Positions 26,974 through 36,219 of a DNA stretch of 64,000 bases are shown piece by piece. The stretch's first letter is position 1, and each line of letters begins with the position of its first letter. The position numbers were made by a program, and so were the translations under genes. The stretch lies in IMG/VR virus record IMGVR_UViG_3300008255_000111, positions 32,001-96,000 of that record, one strand, 5' to 3'. The DNA comes from a virus. Below the pieces are notes generated by a model. The model did not search any database, had not been told where the DNA came from, and saw only the letters and a list, made by a program, of their open reading frames with translations.

Positions 26974-28290
26974 TTAGTGTTTGATGATCAAGCCATTCAT
27001 GGCGCGCGAGTAGGCGACGTACAGCAGCCTCGCCCTCATGTTGAGGTCGTAGCGCGTGGTGCCCATGATGTCGCTGTAATCCACAGCGCAATATTTAAAG
27101 CTGGAGCCTTGGCTCTTGTGGACCGTGCAGGCGAAGGGCGGCTTGAGCCACGCGAACTGCTCCTTGAGCGCGTAAAAGTCCTTCCAGTTGCGCTTCTTGA
27201 TCGCCTTAGCTTTGAGTTGCGCGAGGGCCTTGTTGTAGGCGCCCATGTCCTCGGGCGCGACGGTCAAGACTTGGCAGGTGCTTCCATCATCAGCTTTGAG
27301 GCTCAGCTTCCAGACCGAGGCTGTGAAGTCAGGGCTGTGGAAGGGGCTGCGCTCAGCTTCCATGACCTCGACCTGCTGCTCGTTATACAGGACGATCGAG
27401 TCATTAACGACATACGACTCATTGGCCACAAGGCGCTCACCGACCAAGTAGTCTTCCACGTCGCCGCCGTATAGCTCACGGCGCACGACCCTGTTGAGCG
27501 CGTCAACTGTCCTGTTCGTGTATGCGATGATCTTCACGTCCTCACCAGCTCGCACAAGCTCCATGACGCGATCTTTAAAGGGTGCGCCTTTGTGCAGCTC
27601 GACGAAGGACTCAGGCGTCCCTCCAGCTCCAGGCAGCATATTCCTGTCCAAGACGTTATCAATGAGCGCGTTGCGGGGCATGGCCACGGCGTCGCTGATG
27701 ATGCCGTCATAGCGCATGATCTGACTTAGGGTTTTGCTCTCCACGTCGAATGACTCGGAAAGCTCCATGCTGTCACTTACCGGGGGGAGCTGAAGCGGAT
27801 CGCCCATGCAAATGACCTTGGTGCCATAAGCGGCGGCTGCGTCGGTGATGTGTGTCCACAGCTTAGTGTCAAGCATCGAGCACTCATCCACGACAAGCAC
27901 CCTGAAGTTATGGACCTTGACGGCCCGGTGATTGACCTCAAAGGTCATCTCACCAGAGGTCTTGTTCTTGGCGGGGCGAAGCCCTAGCAGGCTGTGGACG
28001 GTGTTATATTCTGGCGTCCACGACGTACTGGCTAGCTTCTTTCCATCGATGAGCGAGGTGGAGCCGAGCGCTTCTGCCTTACTGCCCATGCCAGCGAGCA
28101 CGCCCACCGCTTTATGCGTCGGAGCGGTCATCGCCATAGAGACAGTAGGGAACTCTCTAAGGACCGCTGCCACGGTGGCGCTTTTGCCTGTGCCAGCGTA
28201 ACCGAAGACGCCGACGAACTTCTGGGCCGGATCTAGCATAAACTCCTGAAGGCGGAGCGCCGCCCCAAGCTGATCTGGGTTGAGCTTCAT
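26974..28290 (-). CDS. Dda/RecD-like SF1B DNA helicase
   Basis: GYAGTGKS, VDECSM, GDPLQLPPV, TVHKSQGS, YVAYSRA. Confidence 0.92.
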   Translation of the reverse strand: MKLNPDQLGAALRLQEFMLDPAQKFVGVFGYAGTGKSATVAAVLREFPTVSMAMTAPTHKAVGVLAGMGSKAEALGSTSLIDGKKLASTSWTPEYNTVHSLLGLRPAKNKTSGEMTFEVNHRAVKVHNFRVLVVDECSMLDTKLWTHITDAAAAYGTKVICMGDPLQLPPVSDSMELSESFDVESKTLSQIMRYDGIISDAVAMPRNALIDNVLDRNMLPGAGGTPESFVELHKGAPFKDRVMELVRAGEDVKIIAYTNRTVDALNRVVRRELYGGDVEDYLVGERLVANESYVVNDSIVLYNEQQVEVMEAERSPFHSPDFTASVWKLSLKADDGSTCQVLTVAPEDMGAYNKALAQLKAKAIKKRNWKDFYALKEQFAWLKPPFACTVHKSQGSSFKYCAVDYSDIMGTTRYDLNMRARLLYVAYSRAMNGLIIKH

Positions 28291-28304
28291 TTAAACTCCA
28301 TGAG

Positions 28305-28320
28305 CTGCAATCGATTGCAG
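28305..28320. repeat. CTGCAATCGATTGCAG palindrome
   Basis: Perfect core, 15 bp upstream of the helicase ATG. Confidence 0.95.
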
Positions 28321-28498
28321 TCGAGTCAATCCCTGCGTGACATTTAAGATGCCAAGCAGGTTGTGTTGAGGGGCCGCAAGAGCGCGGCAGATGACATGAG
28401 TAGACTGGCAGGTAACTGACCAGAGGCAAGTGTGTTTTTCAAAAAAACACGCCCCTATGGTGAAAAAACAAGAGGCGGACAAGCCGCCTTTCCATCAT

Positions 28499-29566
28499 CT
28501 AAGCTAACAGGGGCGATGAACGCTCACTTGGAGGCGCGAGGTCTAAAGCTCCAAGCATATACCTGTCAATGAGATAGCCGTACTTCCAGAACTTCTTGAG
28601 CGTGGCCACCATGAACGCTCGGGCGGGCAGCGGGGATAGGTGACTGATAGCAACCATCTGCATCACAGCAGACAGCAACGCTTGACTCGACGAGCCCGTC
28701 TCAAACTGGCTGCGTGGGCGAAAGCCAGCCTCGGGCGGCACGATCATGTTGTTCTCGGCCACCTCTTTCTCGAAGATCATTGCCACGATCTCAGCGGCGA
28801 ACCAGCCCACCGCGTTGCCTTCAAGGTGGTCGATGTTCTCCATCAGGAACCAATGGCCTTCCAACTTATCTGGAAGCGCTCCTGATGGTGTAGGGATGAG
28901 CTGGATCAGATCGCCTCCAGTGAGATACTGGCGCTCAATATGCTCCGAGCTGTTGAACATGCGCGAGGTGCGATCGTCGCCTTCTTGGCTGATGTAGAAG
29001 ACGGGATTCTCAGTCACCTGCACAGCCTCAACCTTAAGGCGGACGGTCGGAAAGGCGCTATGACCGGGCTTGTGTGGGGGCCAGTTGATCAGCTCACACC
29101 ATTCAAAGCGTGCCTCGCCAAAGATCACGCCGATCGGCACGCCAAGCGCGACAGGACAGTGAAAGTCGCCAAGCGACTCGGTGAGCTTGATGCGCTCGCG
29201 ACCGAGATTCAACACCTCTCCAGGCTTCAGGCTGTTATGGCGAGTTCTCCACCACACGCCTGAGTGCCTGTCGTCACCAGTGAAGGGCGGGGCCGTCTCC
29301 AAGAACGCTTGCTTACCTTTCGCAAGCTCCTCAAAGCAAGCAAGCTCCTCGGCTGTTGGTGGTGTGGGGTAGAGCTTCTTGGTTGAGTGGTTGACGATCT
29401 CAAGCTCGTCAACAACCCCTCGCGCGAGCAAGTAAGAGGCGATCGGGCTGAGGCGCAAGCCTTGCTTGGGAAACGTGGCCAAAGGCGGGTTAGAAGCGCT
29501 CATGTCTTTGTCCTTAGAGGTGATAAGGGCGTTAAGTGGGAACGACACCGCGCTCCCAATTGACAA
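28499..29566 (-). CDS. hypothetical protein (start probably ~29503)
   Basis: Long ORF. Confidence 0.75.
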   Translation of the reverse strand: MSIGSAVSFPLNALITSKDKDMSASNPPLATFPKQGLRLSPIASYLLARGVVDELEIVNHSTKKLYPTPPTAEELACFEELAKGKQAFLETAPPFTGDDRHSGVWWRTRHNSLKPGEVLNLGRERIKLTESLGDFHCPVALGVPIGVIFGEARFEWCELINWPPHKPGHSAFPTVRLKVEAVQVTENPVFYISQEGDDRTSRMFNSSEHIERQYLTGGDLIQLIPTPSGALPDKLEGHWFLMENIDHLEGNAVGWFAAEIVAMIFEKEVAENNMIVPPEAGFRPRSQFETGSSSQALLSAVMQMVAISHLSPLPARAFMVATLKKFWKYGYLIDRYMLGALDLAPPSERSSPLLA

Positions 29567-30425
29567 TGAAAAAGGTGGTGCTGACAGCGTTGCGAACGTA
29601 AAGCCACGATTGATCTATTGGATCAATGAGAAGATCAAGCGGGTTCTTACCGGGGAAGCTGGGGGAGGCGCCTTGTGGCGCAGTCTTAAACCAAATGCTT
29701 GGTCCGAGATCAAGATCAATACTGCTGTTAATGTTGGCAGCCGACATCATGATACCACGCGTGGGACGCAAAGTGCCATCCACACTTGTAGACATTCCAG
29801 TAGAAGGGAACGAAGCAAACGCCTGATACCATTGGGCGACACCACCCTCATCAAGACCCCTGATTCGACTCCCGTTGGTTTGAGTGGTCGTGTTGAACCA
29901 ACAATTGGTGCCGCTGCTTGCGGGCGCGCCAACAAGAACAGCGTGACCATCTATACCCCTAAGCTCGTCGCCATCCTCCATTGGATTGAACAACTTGCCA
30001 ACCATGATGCCGCTCGGAAGTAACGATTTGCCTGGGTCTTGAAAGAGGACTGCGATGGCGCTGTCATACTCGCAGACAAAGAACCTCGTTGAGATCGACG
30101 GGAAAGAGCCGCCAGACCTGCACTCGGGCGACATGTTGGCAGATCCTGTCGGCTCGGTTGAAGCATCACCTGCGCTGTCAATCGAGCTATCTGGATCGAG
30201 CACAGCTCCAAGCTGAGTCGTGCCAACCCTCCTTATGGCGATGTGACTGATAGAGTCTGCTTTTGCTCGGATCGCAAGCGACTCACCAGCGACAGGTGGT
30301 GCGCCTGGGACAAGCTCCCATCTCCCTGGAGCAGTCGTAAAGTGAGCGATGAGCGCGGCCATCACATCTGACAGCGCAGTCGTGGCCGCATCAAGCGTGT
30401 AAGTCTTTGTGTCACTGTATCCCAT
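29532..30425 (-). CDS. hypothetical protein with virion-structural-like composition
   Basis: Rich in T/S/G/A and beta-strand-like segments; GAGG SD. Confidence 0.75.
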   Translation of the reverse strand: MGYSDTKTYTLDAATTALSDVMAALIAHFTTAPGRWELVPGAPPVAGESLAIRAKADSISHIAIRRVGTTQLGAVLDPDSSIDSAGDASTEPTGSANMSPECRSGGSFPSISTRFFVCEYDSAIAVLFQDPGKSLLPSGIMVGKLFNPMEDGDELRGIDGHAVLVGAPASSGTNCWFNTTTQTNGSRIRGLDEGGVAQWYQAFASFPSTGMSTSVDGTLRPTRGIMMSAANINSSIDLDLGPSIWFKTAPQGASPSFPGKNPLDLLIDPIDQSWLYVRNAVSTTFFIVNWERGVVPT

Positions 30426-30452
30426 ACCTCTCGCCTCTCATTGGTGAGCGTT

Positions 30453-30716
30453 TCAACTAAAGTCCAGCGAGGACTCAGGCAGCTTGGTCGTCGTGGGTTC
30501 GCCAGAAGCGAGCACGGCGCTTGCTCCTGCGTTGACAACAGATGACTCAAAGCCTCGGGCGATCCTATCGGGATAGACCGCGATCACCACAACCCCTTCA
30601 AGCTCACCAAAGGGAACAGGCCCGGCATAATCGTCCCCATCAGGGTCAAACCCGCGCGACTGCCAGTTGTAGTAGGTGTTGCTTATTGCGTGATAGCCCC
30701 TGTTCGTCGCTGCCAT
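30453..30716 (-). CDS. small hypothetical protein
   Basis: ATG 30716 with GAGGT SD. Confidence 0.7.
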   Translation of the reverse strand: MAATNRGYHAISNTYYNWQSRGFDPDGDDYAGPVPFGELEGVVVIAVYPDRIARGFESSVVNAGASAVLASGEPTTTKLPESSLDFS

Positions 30717-30728
30717 ATTCACCTCTCG

Positions 30729-30744
30729 CTGCAATCGATTGCAG
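30729..30744. repeat. CTGCAATCGATTGCAG palindrome
   Basis: Perfect core next to the SD of 30716. Confidence 0.95.
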
Positions 30745-30817
30745 TTGGAGCATAAGGCATCCCTAAGAACTGAGAAAGCCCTAGTGGCATACTAGGGCTC
30801 TCACTGGTCAATCTAGG

Positions 30818-31015
30818 TCAGTTGGGCGAGGGTGCGATCGGCATGTCGTCAAAGAACTTGTCCTCACCCTCATCGTAGGCGAAGACGATCTTAGCGCACT
30901 CGACGTTTGATCCTAAGACCTTGAGCTGGTCGATGATGGCAGCTCGTTCCTCGTCACTAGGGCGCCTGGAGACTTCGACTGTGAGCGTGAGCGAGAGAAT
31001 AGGGTTATCGGTCAT
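30818..31015 (-). CDS. small hypothetical protein
   Basis: 65 aa, followed by the hairpin AGCCCTAGT..ACTAGGGCT (~30777-30799). Confidence 0.6.
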   Translation of the reverse strand: MTDNPILSLTLTVEVSRRPSDEERAAIIDQLKVLGSNVECAKIVFAYDEGEDKFFDDMPIAPSPN

Positions 31016-31080
31016 GTTTGAACCTGCGATGCAAGAGAAGGGGCACTAGGCCCCTTCTAGCTGAAGTTATGGATGATGTA

Positions 31081-31530
31081 TTAGATCGACTGGCGCTCGG
31101 CCAGCTCGGCTGCGCCCTTGGGGCCGATGCCGCGCATGACACTATCGTAGGAGGTCAGGGGGCGCCCCGTCACGGGGCAGAAGAACTTGACCTTGACCTC
31201 GATGCCAGCAGCGCGAGCAGCGGGGATGGCGTTGATCAACTTGGCATATTTGCGCAGCTTGCCGCCCTCGGGCAAGCGCTTGAATGGATGGATGCGCCCG
31301 TCGCTGCCGCAGACAGCGAAGGGGTGCATCTTGCCATTAGTGACCTTCCACAAGAAGGGCACGTCTGCGCCGTCTGCGTGGAAGATCCTGAACTCGCGCA
31401 GCTCACCCGTCTTGGGGTTGAACAAGACGATCTGGGCGTCGTGCTTGGCGGGATCAAGCAGCTCAGGGAATGCGCTAAAGTTGGCGGTGTCGATCGAGGA
31501 AGAAATCATGGCGTCGATGATGGTTTTCAT
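31081..31530 (-). CDS. DUF6011-like protein
   Basis: C-terminal CPVTGRPLT..DSVMRGIGP. Confidence 0.65.
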   Translation of the reverse strand: MKTIIDAMISSSIDTANFSAFPELLDPAKHDAQIVLFNPKTGELREFRIFHADGADVPFLWKVTNGKMHPFAVCGSDGRIHPFKRLPEGGKLRKYAKLINAIPAARAAGIEVKVKFFCPVTGRPLTSYDSVMRGIGPKGAAELAERQSI

Positions 31531-31614
31531 GGGGTGTTCTCTTTTGTGTGTCCGCCGTCATTTGGCGGGGTGCGTTGAGATGTGAGCGGCTTCGTTGCCG
31601 CCCGTCATGTTTTA

Positions 31615-31642
31615 AACATCGCATCGACTAGACTGAGCGCAA
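31615..31642 (-). promoter_or_regulatory. promoter family, TTGCGC-N16-GATGTT
   Basis: Spacer TCAGTCTAGT is nearly identical to the 2201 copy. Confidence 0.6.
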
Positions 31643-31696
31643 GGGGTTTTTGTCGATTTTCCTTAAAAAAAGACAACTTGCGCTCATTTTGATGCC

Positions 31697-32005
31697 CTAT
31701 AAAGGCTGCGGCTCCTCGGGCTCGTCAGGATGATGCCTATCCCATTCAAGCGCTAAGCGGCTGAGCGGGATCATGACCTTGTGAGGCATATCTGAGCGAA
31801 CGCCTACAACATAGAGCGTGCCCGCTTTACCTTCGCGCTTAATGTCGGAGGCCCTAAAGGTTACGTCGCCCCTAGACCACACTGAGCGCGCTAAGCGCTC
31901 CTCCTCTTTTTTACGCGACTTCATGCGCTCCATGCCGACTCGGCTGGAGAGCATAAGCGCTCCAAGCATCCCCATGTCAAAGGGTGGCGAATCTTGACCT
32001 CTCAT
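31697..32005 (-). CDS. hypothetical protein
   Basis: 102 aa; GAGGT SD. Confidence 0.65.
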   Translation of the reverse strand: MRGQDSPPFDMGMLGALMLSSRVGMERMKSRKKEEERLARSVWSRGDVTFRASDIKREGKAGTLYVVGVRSDMPHKVMIPLSRLALEWDRHHPDEPEEPQPL

Positions 32006-32016
32006 CGTTCACCTCA

Positions 32017-32051
32017 AAAGAAAGGCGGTAGCCCTTGGGGGCTACCGCCTT
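32017..32051 (-). terminator. rho-independent terminator
   Basis: AAGGCGGTAGCCC-TTGG-GGGCTACCGCCTT hairpin with A-rich flank. Confidence 0.75.
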
Positions 32052-32059
32052 GTTCATAT

Positions 32060-32287
32060 TCAAGCCTGGGGGCCTGACCTCCCAGACGCCATTAAAGATG
32101 CGACGTATCCTGCTTTTGTGCGCCACGTCGCCAAGCACACCTCACACTTCACTGACGAGTAGTCTGATGGTGTGCGGTGGTATCCGTTAAAGGCGGATCG
32201 GTTATGCTTAAAGCGAACCACGATCCAACGGCGCTGCTCTAAGGGTTTGGCTCGCTCATCGCAGCGACAGTAGACGCCGCCGCTCAT
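32060..32287 (-). CDS. small Cys-rich protein
   Basis: CRC..CEVC; coupled start. Confidence 0.6.
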   Translation of the reverse strand: MSGGVYCRCDERAKPLEQRRWIVVRFKHNRSAFNGYHRTPSDYSSVKCEVCLATWRTKAGYVASLMASGRSGPQA

Positions 32288-32709
32288 TCTTCTTCTTCTT
32301 CTTCTTCTGCTTCTTCTCTAAGCTCAGCCTCGATCTCAAACAAGCGCTCAGCCACCTCTTGGCCACACGTCTCATAACTCTCGCCTGGATCGAGCGACAT
32401 CTGAGGCGTGAACTTGTACTCGCGGTGGGCGAAGACAATATCACCATCATCATTGAGCTTAGCCCAGACCTCGGTTCCGCACGGCACTGGACCATCGACT
32501 TTGAAAGGCTTGAAGCCCTTCTCCATTAAACGACTTTCTTCTAGTGATGAGATCATCTCAACGTCCTCACTTGGGGTAGGCGCCCGAACAAGGTCAGGCA
32601 GGGTTGGGGGGGGACTATGCAAGGCCAACGTCAAGCATGATCTGCTTGACGACGCCTTTGAGCCATTCATCTGCCAGCTCACAGGCTTTGTCGATCGGCC
32701 CGTCATCAT
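32284..32709 (-). CDS. hypothetical protein with poly-Glu tail (true start probably further downstream)
   Basis: EAEEEEEEE tail. Confidence 0.55.
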   Translation of the reverse strand: MMTGRSTKPVSWQMNGSKASSSRSCLTLALHSPPPTLPDLVRAPTPSEDVEMISSLEESRLMEKGFKPFKVDGPVPCGTEVWAKLNDDGDIVFAHREYKFTPQMSLDPGESYETCGQEVAERLFEIEAELREEAEEEEEEE

Positions 32710-32896
32710 CCATGATCACTGTGCTCTGGATGGTGCCGCTCACCGTCTTCCAGTGAGCGCGCAGATGATACTGGTTTGAGTAGGGCTTTGTGACCCTTAT
32801 GATTGAGAGCCATTGACCAGCGTTGATCAAGCGACGTTCGGCGGGCTCTCTCAAGTCGCCTGTTTTGGTCCATCCAGCGGGCAGCTTATCAGCCAT
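32615..32896 (-). CDS. hypothetical protein
   Basis: 93 aa ORF. Confidence 0.65.
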   Translation of the reverse strand: MADKLPAGWTKTGDLREPAERRLINAGQWLSIIRVTKPYSNQYHLRAHWKTVSGTIQSTVIMDDDGPIDKACELADEWLKGVVKQIMLDVGLA

Positions 32897-32948
32897 GACA
32901 TTCTCGCTCTGGGGGCGCAGGGCGCTTTGTGCGCCCTGCTTTGTGGGA

Positions 32949-33704
32949 TTAGGCGTCGAGCACGACTAGGGCGGTGTTGACCTTGGTGCCGCTCTCTTTG
33001 AATGAGTCGGGAGGCAGCATGAGCGCGTCTCCATTCTCATTGATCAGGGCGCTAAGCTCAGCGTAAGCGCCTGTGGTCCTGAACAAGACCCCTGCGCTGG
33101 CCACTGAGATCAATCGCCCCCCTTCCTTCAGGAAGCGGCGGGCGTGCAAAATGTGCTTGGCGTCATGGCTTTTCGAGAAGGGCGGGTTCATGAAGATCAA
33201 ATCGAAGCCAGAGAACTCGTCGGGCTCGACTTCAAGGAAGTCAGCCTTGATCTGGAGGTCAGTGAGCGCGCTGCTGAGGTTGCACCTACCCTCGTCAACC
33301 TCGATGCCGACGATCGTGGCGTCTGGGCAAGCTGCGCGCAGAGCTTTGACCAAGGCTCCATCACCCGAGCTTGGCTCAAGCACATGGATACAACCTGCGC
33401 GCAGGCCATCGGGGATGGCGTTGATCATCTGGGCCTGGACCGCAGCGGGCGTCGGGAAGTAGCCCATATCCTGCCGGGTCGTGACTTCGCCCGTGTTGAA
33501 GACCGACTCCAGGGCGTCTGCGAGCGCTTCTGCGCTGTCAAACAGGTGCGCTTTGCGCGTCCTGTTCCATTTGCCGCCCATCGCTTCGATGACCTTGTTG
33601 AGCGCGAGGTAATCCTTGCGCTCAAGCTGCTCAGTGATCCTGAGCTGTGGGCCGATGACATTTCCGTTATTGAGCTGAGCGAGCTGTGCTTCTGTGACTT
33701 TCAT
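32949..33704 (-). CDS. amino-group (probably N6-adenine) DNA methyltransferase
   Basis: YFPTP, VLEPSSGDG (motif I), IFMNPPF (motif IV), FKESGT. Confidence 0.9.
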   Translation of the reverse strand: MKVTEAQLAQLNNGNVIGPQLRITEQLERKDYLALNKVIEAMGGKWNRTRKAHLFDSAEALADALESVFNTGEVTTRQDMGYFPTPAAVQAQMINAIPDGLRAGCIHVLEPSSGDGALVKALRAACPDATIVGIEVDEGRCNLSSALTDLQIKADFLEVEPDEFSGFDLIFMNPPFSKSHDAKHILHARRFLKEGGRLISVASAGVLFRTTGAYAELSALINENGDALMLPPDSFKESGTKVNTALVVLDA

Positions 33705-34043
33705 GCGGGTGTTCCTATCGGGTTGAGCCCTCCTTTATTTGGAGGGGTAAGGGGAGGTTTGGGCGGGGGCTGTGGTTTCTGGCGAAAGCAACCACAGCCC
33801 CCTGGCCGTTCATTTGCAACCAAGCAGCAAACCAAGTGGACCAACTTCGATGCTCACCGCCTGAACGGCGTACAAACGGAGCGCGGCGCATCTTGCAGCG
33901 GTTACAACGCCAACGCTGCTGGGCTTGTTTGATTCGGTTCGCGGGGTGCCGCTGACAAGAACAAGACTCGCAGCTACATCGCCAATGGCAAGAGAAAAAC
34001 AACTCACGTCGTCGTTTTTTTGCGAGACGTAAGACCTGTCATC

Positions 34044-35123
34044 TTAATCGGATGACTTCGCCCATTGGTCAATGCCTGTGTGGCCCATGAAATAGTTTCT
34101 GTACTCGTCCAGAAAGCATTGGTGGAACATCGGCTCGATCTCATCACAGATCGTCATCAACTCAGTAACATTGTCAGCGTTCGCAAAGCTGGCCAGGATT
34201 CGATCCTTGAACGTGATCGCACCCAAGATCATGTGGATCACTAGACAGTTCAAGAGGTCAGGGAAAGAGGGGGAGCGACTGCTGTTCAAATTCCTTAACA
34301 GGTTCGTCGCCTCGATCGAACGAGTGATCGAGAGGTCATCAGAAAAGAACAGATGGTGCTCCTTTGATTCAGGGAACGAGACTGAGTATGTCTGGAACAA
34401 GGCGAGCCTGTGGACACTTTCGTGTGAATTAAAGTCTGATGGAGGGTCAGGCAGCATCATGGTGAAGGTCGTATGGAGATCGCTATGTGTGGTCTGCCTC
34501 CAAATGGCTCGACTTGTAGCAGCAGCGCCCTTCTCATTGAACAGCAAGTTATTCAGCAGATTCAAAGCCTCTGGGTTGTCCTTTGCTCGCTCGCAAATGC
34601 GAACACTAAGCCTAAACAGCGCTGAGATCACCACATGAAGGAACGGCGCAAACTCAAAAGGACGCCGTACCTCGTGGATACGATTTACCACAGCCACCTT
34701 GGTGTCCATCGTTGTCGTAGAGTAGTTGCGCCTTTCGATCAGAAAGCCTTTCAAGGATTCGAGAAGACCCTCGCGGGCCGCCCTGCTCCAGAACAGCTCG
34801 ACAATCTCCACATTGGGAGCTTCTTGAAAGTCTCGCTGGTGACGATGCCACGCCAAGAAGTCATTGTTTCGGCGCCTGATGTGGTCAAAGTCACAAGGGC
34901 CACATTCATTGTTGCACACGAAGATGCCGTCAAAGCGCTGCTTTGCCAAAGCGCTTGAGCCGAAGATATAGTCGCGAAGCTCAGCTCCATACCCTGAGCT
35001 TTTGTCCATCGCATTGTCGATCAGGCGCGAAAGATCCCTCACGCCTTTATCCAAGACAAGCGGGTCGCTCTTACCCTTGAGGTTGGCGAGGATTGAGCGT
35101 GCTTCACCATAAAAGTCAGACAT
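34044..35123 (-). CDS. FGxxRS-motif protein (YGEARS variant)
   Basis: MSDFYGEARS..ELRDYIF. Confidence 0.85.
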   Translation of the reverse strand: MSDFYGEARSILANLKGKSDPLVLDKGVRDLSRLIDNAMDKSSGYGAELRDYIFGSSALAKQRFDGIFVCNNECGPCDFDHIRRRNNDFLAWHRHQRDFQEAPNVEIVELFWSRAAREGLLESLKGFLIERRNYSTTTMDTKVAVVNRIHEVRRPFEFAPFLHVVISALFRLSVRICERAKDNPEALNLLNNLLFNEKGAAATSRAIWRQTTHSDLHTTFTMMLPDPPSDFNSHESVHRLALFQTYSVSFPESKEHHLFFSDDLSITRSIEATNLLRNLNSSRSPSFPDLLNCLVIHMILGAITFKDRILASFANADNVTELMTICDEIEPMFHQCFLDEYRNYFMGHTGIDQWAKSSD

Positions 35124-35153
35124 GAGCTGGCCTTAAGTTGAAAAGGGGAGTCA

Positions 35154-35169
35154 CTGCAATCGATTGCAG
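35154..35169. repeat. CTGCAATCGATTGCAG palindrome
   Basis: Lies between the promoter at 35192-35219 and ATG 35123. Confidence 0.95.
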
Positions 35170-35191
35170 CCTCCAGTTAATGACAAGACAA

Positions 35192-35219
35192 ACCATACCC
35201 TTGACAAGCCAACGGTCAA
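35192..35219 (-). promoter_or_regulatory. promoter family, TTGACC-N16-TATGGT
   Basis: CTTGT at spacer positions 6-10. Confidence 0.65.
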
Positions 35220-35240
35220 CGCATTTGAGCGCGTCGTGCC

Positions 35241-36212
35241 TTAATAACACCTGCCGCAGTTGAAGACGTTGACCCTTTTGGGAACTGGGCGAACGAAACC
35301 CCTTAGTCGAGCATAAAACTCCTCTAAGAAGTGGTGGTGAAAGACGATGGGCGTCAACAAGCTGATCGCATTGAGAGTGAGCATGTTGGCATTTCCAATG
35401 TCAGTGACAATATCGGGATCGTAATGCCCTGGGACTTTTGCCAGCTCCCCTTTCAGGATAGAAGGCAGATCAACGGCTCTCTGGAGCACTTTTGACAATC
35501 CTGTAAACGGCAGGTTGCTCGGGTCAGCTTCTCCGTCAACATCCTGAACCTCTGGACGGTCCAAGTCATACAGAAGCTCAGATGGTGGCCGCTTATGCGA
35601 ATCAGCACGTTGAAACATCTCGGGGCGCGCCATGTAGTAGCTCAAAGCCCCATACACAAAGTACAGCCGTAGAGGCCAACGGTCGCGCCAGTCAGGAGGT
35701 AGATCGGCCTCGCGCCCTTTGAATATCTGCTCACTATAAGCATAGGCGTCATTGGCGATCTTGCGATCGATGCTTGAGCTGAGCTGATACATGGTCGCTT
35801 CAAGCACCTCGTGGAATGAGAGGTCGGCTGTCACGTTTCCAAGGAAGTCTGTAAGCGTCGCGCGCGTCTGCCTGTCCTCAACCATGTAGTAAAGACTAGA
35901 GCGCTCTCGCACATTAACTATCGAGTGTAGCATCCCTGGCCCCTGCAACAGCATCGAGCGGTGGCCTGGGCGATGAAGGTTGATCTGGCTGAGTAGGTCT
36001 TGCTTAAGCTGCCTGTGACTCGCCAAGAACGAGTAGATGGCTTCGACATCTGCCCCGCCTTTACTTTCAAGCATTCTGAGCTGAGCGTTAAGGTGCTCAT
36101 AGAGCATGGACAGGTTGCTCAAGTTCCGGCCTGCCGACACGATTTCATGTACGGTGGAGCGCACGTCACCGAACGTCACGACTGACATAAACATCTCCCT
36201 TGGTGATGCCAT
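35241..36212 (-). CDS. FGxxRS-motif protein
   Basis: ..MSVVTFGDVRST.. Confidence 0.85.
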   Translation of the reverse strand: MASPREMFMSVVTFGDVRSTVHEIVSAGRNLSNLSMLYEHLNAQLRMLESKGGADVEAIYSFLASHRQLKQDLLSQINLHRPGHRSMLLQGPGMLHSIVNVRERSSLYYMVEDRQTRATLTDFLGNVTADLSFHEVLEATMYQLSSSIDRKIANDAYAYSEQIFKGREADLPPDWRDRWPLRLYFVYGALSYYMARPEMFQRADSHKRPPSELLYDLDRPEVQDVDGEADPSNLPFTGLSKVLQRAVDLPSILKGELAKVPGHYDPDIVTDIGNANMLTLNAISLLTPIVFHHHFLEEFYARLRGFVRPVPKRVNVFNCGRCY

Positions 36213-36219
36213 GAATGAA

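Noticed and set aside
33893-33907. TTGCAGCGGTTACAA as an 18th palindrome copy
   Set aside because: Too many mismatches and the wrong spacing.
33705-34043. ORFs 33715..34002 and 33810..34007, or a possible ncRNA
   Set aside because: No convincing coding signal and no RNA family I can recognise; left uncalled.
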